From the NCBI GenBank assembly GCA_042408215.1, contig JAYFMW010000017.1:32001-96000 (forward strand): a DNA stretch of 64,000 bases, given 5' to 3'. Shown here piece after piece: positions 19,530-30,901 of the stretch (positions are counted from its first letter, which is position 1; the number at the start of each line of letters is the position of its first letter). The notes beneath the pieces are model-generated. The model made no database searches. It was not told the origin of the DNA and saw only the letters and a list, made by a program, of their open reading frames with translations. This DNA comes from Microcoleus sp. GTDB lineage: Bacteria > Cyanobacteriota > Cyanobacteriia > Cyanobacteriales > Microcoleaceae. The position numbers and the translations under genes were made by a program.

Positions 19530-20192
19530 AATGTAAAGAATTAATTATTTATATTAATTATTGTATCGCGCTGTTTCGATTACTGAAGGAGAGGGTTCCG
19601 TGGGTTCCGGGGGAGAATTTTGATGCTGACATCGGACAACGGACAACGAACAACGGACAACGGACAACGGACTATCAATTTGTCATGAGACGATGACTAT
19701 CCCACCAATGTGGGCCCAAACAGAAGTCGGATTGCGCCATACACCAGGGCATGATGTTTGTGTTTTTTTGGCGGGGAGCGCGAATTCTGGGCCCGGAGGC
19801 GATCTTTGGCGGGCGAGGGATGTTCCCGCGAGGCGATCGGTAAAGGGATCGACTCTTTTATATATATTTCCTAGCCGTTCGAGGTGGGGATCGTTTAGTG
19901 GTCGGGCTGTTGAGGTATCGCAGATGGGCCCTAGAGCTTTGGGATCTGCCAAAAGTAGACACAAAAATTTTGCCCCGGGCGGTGGTTATAAGTAAAATTA
20001 CTGAGAGTGGCTGGGGCGATCTTTCAGAGAGTCGCAGAATATTTTGTGAGGTTATTTGCTGTTCTTAACTGCTTTAATACTCTAAAATATAAGTAGAGCA
20101 GCGCCGCTCAATTAATTAGCATTTTGAATACTAGGGGAGCCAACTATGCAGGGTGTGAAAATTATCCACCTGAAAGTTAGGGAGTTTTCTGA

Positions 20193-20669
20193 GTGATTGC
20201 TATTTCAGCCCGTCCGGTCGGACGCAATTGGATTACGATTAGTTTCGCATCTACTCTATACCTTTGTCCTATTTTGGATCTGCTCCTAGCAGAGGTTCCG
20301 GCTCACTGGCAAGCGGAATTGCGGTTAGGACTTCAAGAAGCTTTGGTAAATGCTGCTAAACACGGAAATAAGCTAGACCCCAATAAAACTGTTGGAGTCC
20401 GTTTTTCGATTGTACAAAATCAATATTGGTGGGTGATATCGGACGAAGGTTCTGGCTTTGATGCCCCTTGTCGTTGCAACTTGGATGCCGATAATTACGA
20501 CAGTCATGTTGCAGAGCACTCTGAACTCCCCCACGTTGAAAATGAATGTGGCAGGGGGTTGTTTATTCTTTACCAGATCTTCGATCGGGTTGAGTGGAAT
20601 TCTCAGGGTACAGAGTTAAGGGTATGCAAAGAAATTCCCGGTCGATATCGGTTGCCTCGCTTGCGCTAA
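20193..20669 (+). CDS. pmgA: RsbW-like anti-sigma factor/Ser-Thr kinase (PmgA-like)
   Basis: SFASTLYLCPILDLLL, LQEALVNAAKHGN, D.G.GF, GRGLFIL. Confidence 0.85.
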   Translation: MIAISARPVGRNWITISFASTLYLCPILDLLLAEVPAHWQAELRLGLQEALVNAAKHGNKLDPNKTVGVRFSIVQNQYWWVISDEGSGFDAPCRCNLDADNYDSHVAEHSELPHVENECGRGLFILYQIFDRVEWNSQGTELRVCKEIPGRYRLPRLR

Positions 20670-20996
20670 AACTACCATTCTTTGGCAGAATTTTCAACCT
20701 GAGACAGAGCCTCGAATTTTTTGTTTCCCTGCTCAACCGGGCAACGATCGTTTGCAAGCTCTGTCTATAGATGGTCGATCGTACTACCAAATGTGAGTTT
20801 TGATTGAGAAAGATCTAAACTTTTTTTTACTTACCATCGCGCCGCAATCCAGCGACGCGATGGTTTAAGTTTTAGGGCATCGGCCTCATAGGGCATTGGC
20901 CTCATAGGGTATCGGGCCTGGTCGGAGAAAAGTATCATAACTATTCAACCGGACATGATATTTAGATATTTAATTGGCTTACTCGTTCGCTCAAAA

Positions 20997-21278
20997 CTAT
21001 TTGCCGTGTCCGTGGGTGGGGCAAGGAGGAGCTGAGATCGATCGATCTAGCCATCCTGCGGCTTGATTCAAGCGGGGGAGAGCTTCTTCTGGCTGATTTT
21101 TGAGCAAAAAGACCAAAGCAGCTCCAGCTTGCTCACAGGCGCGAGCGGAACGGTTAGCTTTGAGGCGGTGCCAATCTTTTTCGGAAATGGCGAGGCGGGC
21201 GGCTAGAGCTTGGGCTAGTTCTACTGTGCTAAGCTCGTTGAGGTTGACAGTTTTAGGCGTTTGTGTAGTTTCAAGCAT
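20997..21278 (-). CDS. Conserved cyanobacterial protein (DUF6439-like)
   Basis: DWHRLK.NR..RA.EQ, WLDRSISAPPCPTHG. Confidence 0.75.
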   Translation of the reverse strand: MLETTQTPKTVNLNELSTVELAQALAARLAISEKDWHRLKANRSARACEQAGAALVFLLKNQPEEALPRLNQAAGWLDRSISAPPCPTHGHGK

Positions 21279-21393
21279 AATTGGTAATTATAGCGATTTG
21301 GCTACAGTTCCTTAATTTAGAAAATATACTGCATATAATAGCAACTAAATTGTAAATTGGCTTTTTTAATTCTTGTCAAGTTTACGGATCAAA

Positions 21394-21765
21394 ATGCCTC
21401 AACAGCCGTCAGAGTTAAATCCAGAGACGCCGGGAGATGAAAGGGAGTTTGTTCAAGCGCTGGAAACTGTGGAGCGATCGCTCGCGGCAGTCAAAGAACG
21501 GTACACTCAAATTCAGGTCGATCGCCAGCGCCAAGCCGAACTCGGTAATCTACGGGAAGATGTCCGCAAATCAGTGCGCCAAAATCCCCTACCGCAACTT
21601 AAGCAGGAATTGCGGCAAATTGAGCAAGAATTGGCTGCGATCGAGTTAAATTTAGAAAGCAGTCTGTTTTCCTGGGGAAGCATAAAACAACCTTTTTGGC
21701 AAGCTGTTCGCTTTGGGGGACTTGGCATTTTGCTCGGTTGGATTTTGAAATCCTATGCAGGTTGA
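21394..21765 (+). CDS. Conserved coiled-coil protein with C-terminal TM segment
   Basis: LESSLFSW...FWQAVRFGGLGILLGW; ATG at 21394 preferred over TTG at 21373. Confidence 0.75.
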   Translation: MPQQPSELNPETPGDEREFVQALETVERSLAAVKERYTQIQVDRQRQAELGNLREDVRKSVRQNPLPQLKQELRQIEQELAAIELNLESSLFSWGSIKQPFWQAVRFGGLGILLGWILKSYAG

Positions 21766-21780
21766 ACTCTGTTGGGAGTG

Positions 21781-21922
21781 ATACCAATTTAATGTGAAGT
21801 TGCACATATCTCGATCCCCCTAAATCCCCCTTAAGAAGGGGGACTTTGATCGGACTCTTGTCCCCCCCTTATTAAGGGGGGCTAGGGGGGATCGGATTCT
21901 ATGCAGCCTCACAAAAAATTGG
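21781..21922. mobile_element. MITE-like palindromic element (same family as 9549-9716)
   Basis: Shared shell and G/C hairpin core. Confidence 0.7.
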
Positions 21923-22009
21923 GAGTTAGGATTTTTTTTATTAACCGCAGAGGGCGCAGAGGAAGAGAAAAACAGAGATAATATGGTGCAAAATATTAAA
22001 TAAACGGGA

Positions 22010-23407
22010 GTGGATATGATAAATCAACGAATTGCTGCTATTTTGCGGGCTGGTGAACCTGACCAAAATGTAATTGTTCAAGGCTGGGTTCGGACTAAGC
22101 GCGAATTGAAAGAGTTTGCTTTTGTGGAAGTCAATGATGGTTCGGCGATGGCTAATTTACAAGTAGTCATCAATGCTGATTTGCCAGATTTTGAAAATGT
22201 ACTCAAACAATTAAATACAGGTGCGTCTGTCGAGGTTTCGGGGGTGTTGGTAGCATCTCCGGCGAAGGGACAACGAATTGAGTTGAAAGCATCCGCTGTT
22301 CAAGTTTACGGAGATGCTGATCCGCAAAGTTATCCGCTCCAAAAGAAGCGGCATTCCTTGGAGTTTTTGCGAACAATCGCTCATTTGCGGCCGCGCACCA
22401 ACACTCACGGTGCTGTTTTTCGTGTTCGCAATGCTTGTTCCGCAGCTATACACCAATTTTTTCAAGAACGCGGTTTTTTGTGGGTGCATACTCCGATTAT
22501 TGCTGCTAGCGACTGCGAAGGTGCGGGGGAAATGTTTGCTGTTACTAATTTTGATTTGAAAAATATCCCGCGCACTGATTCCCAAGAGGTTGATTATGCT
22601 AAAGACTTTTTTGGAAAACGTGCTTATTTAACAGTAAGTGGCCAGTTGGAAGCGGAAATTATGGCGATGGCTTTCGGGAATGTTTATACTTTTGGGCCGA
22701 CTTTCCGAGCGGAAAATTCTAATACTTCGCGGCATTTGGCTGAGTTTTGGATGATTGAACCTGAGATGGCTTTTTGCGATTTGCAGGGAGATATGGATTT
22801 GGCTGAGGCGTTTTTAAAGTATATCTTTAAATACGTGCTGGATCATTGCCCGGAAGATATGGAGTTTTTCAATGAGCGCATTGATCGGACGGTTTTGGCG
22901 ACTGCGGAAAATATCATTAATAATCAGTTTGAGCGGATTACTTATACGGAGGCGATCGCACTTTTGGAAAAATCTGACAAAAAGTTTGAATTTCCCGTAA
23001 GTTGGGGTTTAGATTTGCAGTCGGAACACGAGCGCTATTTGGCTGAGGAATTGTTTCAAAAGCCGACAATTGTTACAGATTATCCAGTCGGAATTAAAGC
23101 ATTTTATATGCGTTTAAATGAAGACGAAAAAACCGTGCGAGCAATGGATATTCTGGCTCCTAAACTGGGCGAAATCATCGGTGGTTCCCAGCGGGAAGAA
23201 CGGTTGGATGTCTTGGAGAAACGCATGGAAGCTCAGGGTATGAATAAGGAGGAATTGTGGTGGTATTTGGATTTGCGCCGCTACGGTACTGTACCTCACG
23301 CTGGCTTTGGTTTGGGCTTTGAACGGCTGGTGCAGTTTATGACGGGAATGGGGAATATTCGTGATGTGATTCCGTTTCCGAGAGCTCCTTTGAGTATTGA
23401 TTTTTAG
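22010..23407 (+). CDS. asnS: Asparagine--tRNA ligase
   Basis: [47 protein letters not shown]. Confidence 0.98.
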   Translation: MDMINQRIAAILRAGEPDQNVIVQGWVRTKRELKEFAFVEVNDGSAMANLQVVINADLPDFENVLKQLNTGASVEVSGVLVASPAKGQRIELKASAVQVYGDADPQSYPLQKKRHSLEFLRTIAHLRPRTNTHGAVFRVRNACSAAIHQFFQERGFLWVHTPIIAASDCEGAGEMFAVTNFDLKNIPRTDSQEVDYAKDFFGKRAYLTVSGQLEAEIMAMAFGNVYTFGPTFRAENSNTSRHLAEFWMIEPEMAFCDLQGDMDLAEAFLKYIFKYVLDHCPEDMEFFNERIDRTVLATAENIINNQFERITYTEAIALLEKSDKKFEFPVSWGLDLQSEHERYLAEELFQKPTIVTDYPVGIKAFYMRLNEDEKTVRAMDILAPKLGEIIGGSQREERLDVLEKRMEAQGMNKEELWWYLDLRRYGTVPHAGFGLGFERLVQFMTGMGNIRDVIPFPRAPLSIDF

Positions 23408-23444
23408 GATTGTGTGACAAAACGTAGGGACACTCCAAGAACCC

Positions 23445-23649
23445 ATTGGTGTCAACTTAAGCCTGAAAGCCATGAGAAATCTCGCTTTCACCCCAGTCTA
23501 GATCCCCCTAAATCCCCCTTAAGAAGGGGAGTAGGGGTTGACTTTGAGAAGATTCCTGTCCCCCCCTTCTTAAGGGGGGCTAGGGGGGATCTAGGCTTAA
23601 TGGTCAAACAGCAGTCTCTGACTAAGTTTAACGTTAAGTTGACACCAAT
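23445..23649. mobile_element. MITE-like element with ATTGGTGTCAACTTAA terminal inverted repeats around the G/C hairpin core
   Basis: ATTGGTGTCAACTTAA ... TTAAGTTGACACCAAT. Confidence 0.75.
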
Positions 23650-23742
23650 AGGCTCTTGGAGTGTCCTTACCCGGAGGACACTCCAAGAGCCGTGTCCCTA
23701 CTAAGAATGGTTAGTAGTAAGGACTTTAGTCCTGATTATTGA

Positions 23743-25224
23743 TTAACTGGCTGAGGGAATTGTGATATCAATAGATTGCACTTTCACCGAAGTTCCCAAA
23801 CTCGATAATGGTGGTTGAATTCCCGCAGTATTTCCCACTACTAATGTCACCAAATTCTCCGGTTTCAAGTAAGTGTTTGCGACGCGCTGTACGTCAGCAA
23901 TTGTTGCTGCTTCGACGCTTCGACGGTAGCTAAAAATGAAATCTTGCGGATAACCGTAGTATTCGTAGTTCATTACGCGGGACAAAGTTTGACTTGGATC
24001 TTCAAATTTGAAGATGAAGGAATTGATTTTTGAATCTTTAGCAAAAGCTAATTCTTCCGGGGTAATTGCTTCGGTGCGAATGCGATCGATTTCGGTGCGA
24101 ATTGCCTGAATAAACGGTAATGTTGCTGCCGATCGCGTTTGTCCTCCTGCGACAAACACCCCTGGATAGTCAAACCTCGGACTCCAAGCAGCATACACTG
24201 AATAAGCTAAACCTTGGCGCGATCGCACATTATTGAACAAACGCCCGCCAAAACCGTTCAAAACCCCATTCATTACATCCAAAGCACCGTAATCTGGACT
24301 ATTTAACATTCCGCCCAAATGTCCCATTAGCACATAACTTTGAGTTAGTTGTGGCTGATTTACCAAAAATATGCCACCTTGATTGGCTGCTGATACCGTT
24401 GGTAACGGCGGCATTTCTGCACTCTGCATCGGTTCCCAGTTGCCGAATTTTGACTCGATGAGCGATCGCATTTTTGCAGTATCAAAGTCGCCGGAAATAC
24501 CCAAAATCATATTCTTGGGATGGAAATATTTCTGGTAGAAACTCACCAAATCGTCGCGGGAGATATTCGCCAGAGTTTTGTATTCTACCGTGCGGGCGTA
24601 AGGACTGCGATCGCCATAAATCAGCTTTTGAAATTCCCGGCTGCTAATGGCGTTGGGATCGTCATTGCGGCGCGCGATTCCACCTTGCTCTTGTTTCTTA
24701 GCTAAATCCAACTTTTCCTGAGCAAATATTGGCTGTTGAATGACTTCCGCAAACAAGTCAAATACCGGCTCAATATCTTCAGCTAAAGCGCTAAAATTAG
24801 CGCTCCCAGAAGTAGTGCTAATCCCCGTTTCTACCGAAGCAGCGCGGCGCTCTAGCAACTGATTTAGTTCGTCTGACGAATGCTGTTTAGTGCCGCCAGT
24901 TCGCATTACTTCTCCCGTCAAATTTGCCAAGCCAATTTTATCGATCGGCTCAAATCTTTCTCCCGTGCGAAATAGCGCAGTTCCACCGACTAGCGGCAGT
25001 TCTTTGTCTTCCATTAAATAGACTCGCATCCCGTTTTTTAGTTCAAAGCGAGTGTATTTAGGTAGTTTTAATTCTGGTAGTGCGGGGAATGTTAATTCGT
25101 CGTAGTGCTTCGGTGTCGCCGCGAAGGAAGGTAACAAATTCAATGTTGAAAATGAAACAGTAAAAAAGCAAAGCGCCAGCAGAAATAACTTGACTTTTTT
25201 CAGTTTCAATTTAGTCCTTTTCAT
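23743..25224 (-). CDS. M16 family peptidase, non-catalytic subunit
   Basis: LKNGMRVYL, RLFNNVRSRQGLAY; lacks HxxEH; signal peptide. Confidence 0.9.
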   Translation of the reverse strand: MKRTKLKLKKVKLFLLALCFFTVSFSTLNLLPSFAATPKHYDELTFPALPELKLPKYTRFELKNGMRVYLMEDKELPLVGGTALFRTGERFEPIDKIGLANLTGEVMRTGGTKQHSSDELNQLLERRAASVETGISTTSGSANFSALAEDIEPVFDLFAEVIQQPIFAQEKLDLAKKQEQGGIARRNDDPNAISSREFQKLIYGDRSPYARTVEYKTLANISRDDLVSFYQKYFHPKNMILGISGDFDTAKMRSLIESKFGNWEPMQSAEMPPLPTVSAANQGGIFLVNQPQLTQSYVLMGHLGGMLNSPDYGALDVMNGVLNGFGGRLFNNVRSRQGLAYSVYAAWSPRFDYPGVFVAGGQTRSAATLPFIQAIRTEIDRIRTEAITPEELAFAKDSKINSFIFKFEDPSQTLSRVMNYEYYGYPQDFIFSYRRSVEAATIADVQRVANTYLKPENLVTLVVGNTAGIQPPLSSLGTSVKVQSIDITIPSAS

Positions 25225-25468
25225 TCTTTCTCCTAAGTTTCCTATTGTGACATAGCATAGGGGCGGTGCTCCTTGCCCGCCCTAGATGCGAGTCTATCTC
25301 TTAGTCTGCGGAGGCAGACTTCGTTTGTGTAGAAGCGGTTTCAACCGCCGAGTCTAAATCGAGGCAGAGCCTAGGAACGAGTCTTAATCGCTCAAAAATT
25401 GTGATCCTTGCGTCTAGGACTGCTTTTTATCCGTTACATCCGTTACACAATCCGTTGCCGAACCTTCC

Positions 25469-27040
25469 TTAAAGTGGTAAAAGCTTACCAATTGTCTTAT
25501 TTTCTGGGCGGAAAGTTTTCTGGGCGACTCGCTGAATATCGGTAGGATCAACTTTTGCGATCGCATCCAATTGTTTGAACAAATTTCGCCAAGAACCAGT
25601 TTTTACTTGATAATCCAGTAGGGAAAATGCCATGCCCATGTTAGAATTGAGCGATCGCAATAAACCAGCTCTCGCCTGAGTTTTCACTTGCTCCAATTCC
25701 GCAGCAGAAACCGGCTCATTTTTCAATCTCTCCATTTCCTGACTCAAAGCCACCGCCACCTCATCAACCGTGCGACCAGGAGCAGTTTGAGCGTAAAATA
25801 ACATCAAATTCGGATACTTTTCCCCCGGATAACCGCTCAAACCTTGAGCCACCAAAGCTAATTCCTTTTCTACTACTAAAGATTTGTAAAGTCGAGAAGT
25901 GCGACCATCGCTGAGCAAAGAACCAATTATTTCATAAACCGCATTGTCAGGATGATTCATCCCAGGCCTATGGTATCCTTCCAAATACCAAGGTTGAGTT
26001 TGCAATTTCAGCGTTACTTCCTTAGTTTTAGTTTGGGGAGGTTCGACAATTTGCAATTTAGGAGCGGCTGGCTTCGCCTTGTAGCGGCCGAAATAAATTT
26101 GAGCGAGTCGCTTCACCTCCGAGGCTTTCACGTCTCCTACGACCGCAACAGTGAGGTTGCTGGGGACGTAGTGAGTGTCAAAAAACTTCTGCACATCGCT
26201 GCGGGTGAGGTTTTGAATGTCTTGAGTGTAGCCAATTACGGGGCGGCGATAGGGATGGACTGAGAAAGCTTTGTCGGCAAAAAGTTCAACCATCTGTCCG
26301 ATGGGGGAATTTTCGGTTCGCATTCGGCGCTCTTCTAGAATTACCTGTTTTTCTTTGTAAAATTCCCGAAATACTGGTTCTAGAAATCGCTCTGATTCCA
26401 GCGACATCCACAGTTCTAATTTATTAGCTGGCAGGCTATAAAAATACATGGTGGCGTCGATAGAAGTTGCAGCATTTAGCCCGACACCGCCTGCTTGTTC
26501 GACTATTTTTCCGAATTCGTTGCGTTTGACAAATTGCAATGCTTCGCCTTCAACTTGGTCAAATTCTGCTTTGAATTTGGCGACTTCTTCGGTTTTACCG
26601 CTGGCTTGGGCTGCTTGGATTTGCTCGAAGAGTTTGTCTTGTTTTTCTAAGAGCGGTTTTTCGGCTTTGTAGTCGGTAGTGCCGATTTTTTGCGTGCCTT
26701 TGAAGGCTAAATGTTCTAGGTAATGGGCGACTCCTGTTTGCCCGTCTGGCTCGTTTGCTCCTCCCACGTCAGCATGAATTAGAAACGATGTTACGGGTGC
26801 TCTTGGCCTTTCGAGCACGATGAATGTCATGCCGTTGTCGAGCTTAAATTCTGTGACTTGGCGGATTACTCGATCGAGCGAGGGCACAACAGACGCTGCT
26901 GGGGAGCCGTTAGCGGGGTTCTCGCGGGCGATCGCCATTTGGGGCGAAATTCCCCACCACAGCAGAACAGCGGCCAGCAGGGATGCTAGGAATCGAGTTT
27001 TGCGATCGGTCGATCGAGGTTTTTGAGACGGCGGGGTCAT
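25469..27040 (-). CDS. M16 family zinc peptidase, catalytic subunit
   Basis: GVAHYLEHLAFKGT (HxxEH); start moved to ATG 27040 (MTPPSQK) because the upstream extension crosses a heptamer repeat. Confidence 0.92.
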   Translation of the reverse strand: MTPPSQKPRSTDRKTRFLASLLAAVLLWWGISPQMAIARENPANGSPAASVVPSLDRVIRQVTEFKLDNGMTFIVLERPRAPVTSFLIHADVGGANEPDGQTGVAHYLEHLAFKGTQKIGTTDYKAEKPLLEKQDKLFEQIQAAQASGKTEEVAKFKAEFDQVEGEALQFVKRNEFGKIVEQAGGVGLNAATSIDATMYFYSLPANKLELWMSLESERFLEPVFREFYKEKQVILEERRMRTENSPIGQMVELFADKAFSVHPYRRPVIGYTQDIQNLTRSDVQKFFDTHYVPSNLTVAVVGDVKASEVKRLAQIYFGRYKAKPAAPKLQIVEPPQTKTKEVTLKLQTQPWYLEGYHRPGMNHPDNAVYEIIGSLLSDGRTSRLYKSLVVEKELALVAQGLSGYPGEKYPNLMLFYAQTAPGRTVDEVAVALSQEMERLKNEPVSAAELEQVKTQARAGLLRSLNSNMGMAFSLLDYQVKTGSWRNLFKQLDAIAKVDPTDIQRVAQKTFRPENKTIGKLLPL

Positions 27041-27321
27041 TGGATTTGAGATTTTAGATTTGAGATTTTGGATTGTCAAACAAAAAATGTTTGCGCTAAA
27101 TGCCAAGGATTCTACTTTAAGTATAAAGATTTTTTGAGGCATAAGTTATCTGTGGCGTCGCAAGTGCTACGCTGATACAGCAAAGCTCAAAAATGGTCTA
27201 TGGTTGAACAAGGAGTTTTGAGTTTAAGATTAAAGTCACGCACCACTTAAAACTTAACATTATTTTAGTCCCTCAGTCCCGCTCCTGCTGTTCCAAGTCG
27301 CCAATTACCGATTGCAAAGCC

Positions 27322-27939
27322 ATGCGAATTTTTCATCAGTCTCCTCCATCTGAAACCGAAACTAAGAAGCGGATTTTACAAGCGGCTCAAAAGTTGTTTG
27401 CCCGCAGTGGATACGACGGTACAACAACTCGCGACTTAGCAGCGGCAGCGGGGGTGGCCGAGGGTACGCTGTTTCGGCATTTTGTTAATAAAAAAGCAAT
27501 TTTGGTTGAGGTAGCGACAGAAGGATGGGTGGAATTATTAACAGATTTGCTGACGGAATTAAGCGAGATGGGCAGTTACAAAGCTGTGGCTCAGGTGATG
27601 CGGCGGCGGATGCTAAATATCCGCGATAATAGCGACATGATGCGGGTGTGTTTTTTGGAGGCGCAATTTCACCCGGATTTGCGCGATAGAATTCAGTTAG
27701 AAGTAATCGGAAAAATGAGTGATGTGGCTGAGGCTTTTTTTGAAACGGCGATGGAAAAAGGAGTTTATCGGAAGATGAATCCGAAGATTGTGGCTCAGGT
27801 ATTTTTGGGAATGTTTGCAATCGCGGGTTTTAGTCAAAATACGATTATGGCTCCCAATGCTTCTCCGCAGCAAATGCAGGAAATGGCAGAAGGACTCGCA
27901 GATATTTTTCTGAATGGGGTTTTAGTCAAGGATGAATAA
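27322..27939 (+). CDS. TetR/AcrR family transcriptional regulator
   Basis: ILQAAQKLFA..GYDGTTTRDLA..AGVAEGTLFRHF..K. Confidence 0.95.
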   Translation: MRIFHQSPPSETETKKRILQAAQKLFARSGYDGTTTRDLAAAAGVAEGTLFRHFVNKKAILVEVATEGWVELLTDLLTELSEMGSYKAVAQVMRRRMLNIRDNSDMMRVCFLEAQFHPDLRDRIQLEVIGKMSDVAEAFFETAMEKGVYRKMNPKIVAQVFLGMFAIAGFSQNTIMAPNASPQQMQEMAEGLADIFLNGVLVKDE

Positions 27940-28105
27940 TTAGGATGTTGAAGGAAGAAGGAAGTTCAGCAACGGATTCTGTAACGGATGTAACGGATGT
28001 AACGGATTGAAGGTCCTTCGACGGAGTTTATCCTGAGCGTAGCCGAAGGGCTCAGGAACCGAAGAAGGAAGAGGGAAGAGAGAAGAAGGAAGAAAAAGAA
28101 ACTAT

Positions 28106-28260
28106 TCCCAATTCCCAATTCCCAATGCCCAATTCCCAATGCCCAATTCCCAATTCCCAATGCCCAATTCCCAATGCCCAATTCCCAATTCCCAATTCCC
28201 AATTCCCAATTCCCAATGCCCAATTCCCAATTACCAATCCCCAATTCCCAATTCCCAATT
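28106..28260. repeat. STRR-type heptamer array (CCCAATT/CCCAATG)
   Basis: About 20 tandem units; reverse complement of the 7144-7330 type. Confidence 0.97.
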
Positions 28261-28621
28261 ACTCGATAAACTCGTACATTTCTTGCACCCAATTCTCCCG
28301 ATTATCCTGCCATTCATCCGTCACTACTTCCCAAGTTGTATTGCTTTCAAGTTCCAGCAATAGACTTGATACTTCTTCAAGCGTCGATGCTACGTGACAT
28401 TCTTCTACCCAACTTTCCCGGAGCATTTTCCATTGACTTTGTACCGCTTCATGCTGAAACTTTGATTCTAATTCAACTAGCAATTCTGCTAGCTGTTCTT
28501 CGTCAATTGCTGCTGACACCTCGCTCGCCCAGTCGTCGCGTCGTTCTTTCCATTCTTCCGTCACTGCGTCCCAGTTTAGGTGGGCTTCAAACTCTAACAG
28601 TAATTGGTTTAGTTCTACCAT
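28259..28621 (-). CDS. Hypothetical acidic protein with three Trp-rich helical repeats
   Basis: LL.ELE....W.AV...W...R..W repeated three times. Confidence 0.75.
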   Translation of the reverse strand: MVELNQLLLEFEAHLNWDAVTEEWKERRDDWASEVSAAIDEEQLAELLVELESKFQHEAVQSQWKMLRESWVEECHVASTLEEVSSLLLELESNTTWEVVTDEWQDNRENWVQEMYEFIE

Positions 28622-28696
28622 ATTAAATTTTGTCTTGTTTGCAGTTTGTGCTAAAATTATACAACTTTTATTTATTAAGAATGTTAATTATTTATA

Positions 28697-29458
28697 ATGA
28701 TTAATGAATTTACTTTAGAGCGACTAGATATTCCCTGCGGTTGGATTCGCGGCGAGGGTGACTGGGCTGGAGTCGCGGCGGCTATTGCTAGGGGGGAAAC
28801 GGTAGAAGTTATTCAAGAAGTTGGTTCTACTTTGTGGAAAACTACTCTACCAGAAGGACATTCATTGTCTTGGAATGGTGATAATTTATCAACTATCAAA
28901 GCTATAATTTGGATTAGTTTCACCCAGAGAAGATTTGCGCCAGAATCTGCTTTGCCAAAAGTTCAGTGGCATCCGAGAGTGTTGTGGGTAGGGATAGGTT
29001 GCGAAGGCGGAACATCGAGAGAATTAATCGAAACTGCGATTACACAAGTATGTCACGCCTATGATTTAGCGTCAAGTGCGATCGCAGGTATTGCGACAAT
29101 AGACACTAAAGCCAATGAAGCCGGAATTATCGAACTTTGTCAAGGGCGAAACTGGCCTTTAAAAACCTTTGCTGCTAATATTTTAAATTCTGTAGAAGTT
29201 CCCAATCCTTCAAATATTGTAGCGCAAAAAGTCGGGACATCCAGTGTAGCAGAAGCCGCAGCACTTTGTGCAGTTAGGGAAGAATTTTTAACCGCTGATG
29301 AACGCAAATATACGCAGATATCCATCCATCAGCGTTCATCTGCGTTTATCTGCGGTTCAAATCCCCTCTTAGTTCCTAAAAAAATATTTCGATCGGGAGA
29401 AAAACCAGGCTCTGTAACAGTAGCCGTTGCGGTTTGTGCGATCGAATATCTGGGATAA
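28697..29458 (+). CDS. cbiG: Cobalamin biosynthesis CbiG-like protein (mid/C-terminal domains)
   Basis: LWVGIGCEGGTS, IATIDTKA.E.G, VGTSSVAEAAAL, VTVAVA; N-terminal CbiG domain not evident. Confidence 0.75.
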   Translation: MINEFTLERLDIPCGWIRGEGDWAGVAAAIARGETVEVIQEVGSTLWKTTLPEGHSLSWNGDNLSTIKAIIWISFTQRRFAPESALPKVQWHPRVLWVGIGCEGGTSRELIETAITQVCHAYDLASSAIAGIATIDTKANEAGIIELCQGRNWPLKTFAANILNSVEVPNPSNIVAQKVGTSSVAEAAALCAVREEFLTADERKYTQISIHQRSSAFICGSNPLLVPKKIFRSGEKPGSVTVAVAVCAIEYLG

Positions 29459-29462
29459 TATA

Positions 29463-29822
29463 TTACTGATCGGCATTCACAAATTGACCAATCAAGCCCG
29501 AAACAAACGACAAAACAATTGAACCAAACAAAGCAGGCCAAAAACCGTTAACCGCAAAACCGATACTGAACACACCCGCCAACCACGAAGCCAGGGACAG
29601 CGAAATCGCGTTCACAACGAATAAAAACAAACCCAAAGAAAGAATGCTCAAAGGCAGAGTCAGCAATGTCAGAATCGGTCTGACAACCGCATTCACAAAT
29701 CCGATCACCACCGCAGCCAGCATCGCCGCCGGAAAGCTAACCACCGTGATACCTGGTACAATGTTAGCTGTAATCACTAGCGAAACCGCTGCTACTACCC
29801 AAGTTAAGAAAAAACTTAGCAT
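29463..29822 (-). CDS. YvlD/4-TMS phage-holin-family membrane protein
   Basis: GFVNAVVRPILTLLTLPL..LSLGLFLFVVNA. Confidence 0.9.
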   Translation of the reverse strand: MLSFFLTWVVAAVSLVITANIVPGITVVSFPAAMLAAVVIGFVNAVVRPILTLLTLPLSILSLGLFLFVVNAISLSLASWLAGVFSIGFAVNGFWPALFGSIVLSFVSGLIGQFVNADQ

Positions 29823-29931
29823 ATCGTTTTTTTCATCTCCATCACTATTAATTAAGATTGTAACTGTTTAGTCGATCGCCCAAAGTTCGGGATACACTAC
29901 CAAATATCCACCTTGCGAGAATATCAGATTT

Positions 29932-30429
29932 ATGAAACTCCGGCAACTAGCTGCATTCCTATTGACGCTCACTATCTTAATCTTCCCGCTACCAGCCTGG
30001 GCGCAATCTAAATATTATCCACCTCCCCTGTCGTTTAGCAACGCCGAACTGACAAGGCGCGATTTTTCCGGTCAGGTTTTGCGGGCTGCGGAATTTTCTA
30101 ACGCTAATATGGATTTGACCAACTTTTCTCAGGCCGATTTGCGAGGAGCAATTATGAGTGCTTCGGTGATGACTCAAGCGAATTTGCACGGAGCAAATTT
30201 AACTAATGCTATGATCGATCAAATTAAATTCACGAAGGCTGATTTAAGCGATGCAATTTTAGTGGAAACAATTTTGCTGCGTTCTACTTTTGATGGAGTT
30301 GATATCACCGGCGCTGACTTTACCGACGCAATTATGGACGGTGCACAAGTTAAAGAATTGTGCAAAATAGCTAGCGGAATTAATTCTCAAACAGGAGTTT
30401 TTACTCGCGATTCTTTGGGATGTCGCTGA
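29932..30429 (+). CDS. Pentapeptide repeat protein (exported/lumenal)
   Basis: Signal peptide AWA; A(D/N)L repeats; LC..ASG.N..TG..TRDSLGC. Confidence 0.92.
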   Translation: MKLRQLAAFLLTLTILIFPLPAWAQSKYYPPPLSFSNAELTRRDFSGQVLRAAEFSNANMDLTNFSQADLRGAIMSASVMTQANLHGANLTNAMIDQIKFTKADLSDAILVETILLRSTFDGVDITGADFTDAIMDGAQVKELCKIASGINSQTGVFTRDSLGCR

Positions 30430-30565
30430 TTTATTTCACCCTCAAAATTAGAATTTGCTAAGTCATAAATTTAACTGTTTCCCAGTAGTTAGTAGGGTGC
30501 GTTAGCTCTGAGACGATCGATGCTCGACACGATCGTAATCTGTTGACGCACCCTAGGAGATTTAC

Positions 30566-30900
30566 TTAGGACTAAGGCGTGTTTTCAAACCCGGAGCTCT
30601 CCCTAAATCCCCCTTAAGAAGGGAGTAGGGTGTGAGTAGGGGTTGACTTTGACGCTCATTCTCCCCCCTTAATAAGGGGGGCCGGGGGGGGATCTTCTTC
30701 GCAACAGACAGGTAAATATAGACTTTGAAAACACGCCCTAATGCCAAAAAAAACCGGTTTCTCCGAACACTTCGGCTACCCTTCGGCTACGCTCAGGGGG
30801 CCGCTCAGTGCGCCGATGCGCGGTTCCTGAGCGAAGTCGAAGGGTAGTGCAACGCTTCGCTCAACCACCAGGGTTTTTGGCCCCGCGTGCGTCCAGGACT
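30566..30900. repeat. Cluster of adjacent or nested palindromic repeats
   Basis: GGCGTGTTTTCAAA...TTTGAAAACACGCC shell around G/C core, then AAACCGGTTTCT and CTTCGGCTACGCTCAG...CTGAGCGAAGTCGAAG units. Confidence 0.75.
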
Positions 30901-30901
30901 G

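Noticed and set aside
19683..19995. Overlapping 93-aa and 100-aa ORFs upstream of pmgA
   Set aside because: No recognisable motif, RBS or RNA family; cannot support either a CDS or an ncRNA
20670..20990. Possible 6S RNA or other ncRNA after pmgA
   Set aside because: Only a GACAGAGC...GCTCTGTC palindrome and a terminator-like hairpin are seen; no recognisable RNA motif
23414..23704. 96-aa ORF after asnS (also 30562-30747)
   Set aside because: Translation of MITE sequence
29463..29822. Prophage suggested by a phage-holin-family gene and a lytic transglycosylase
   Set aside because: Both are common chromosomal genes; no integrase, structural or terminase genes nearby
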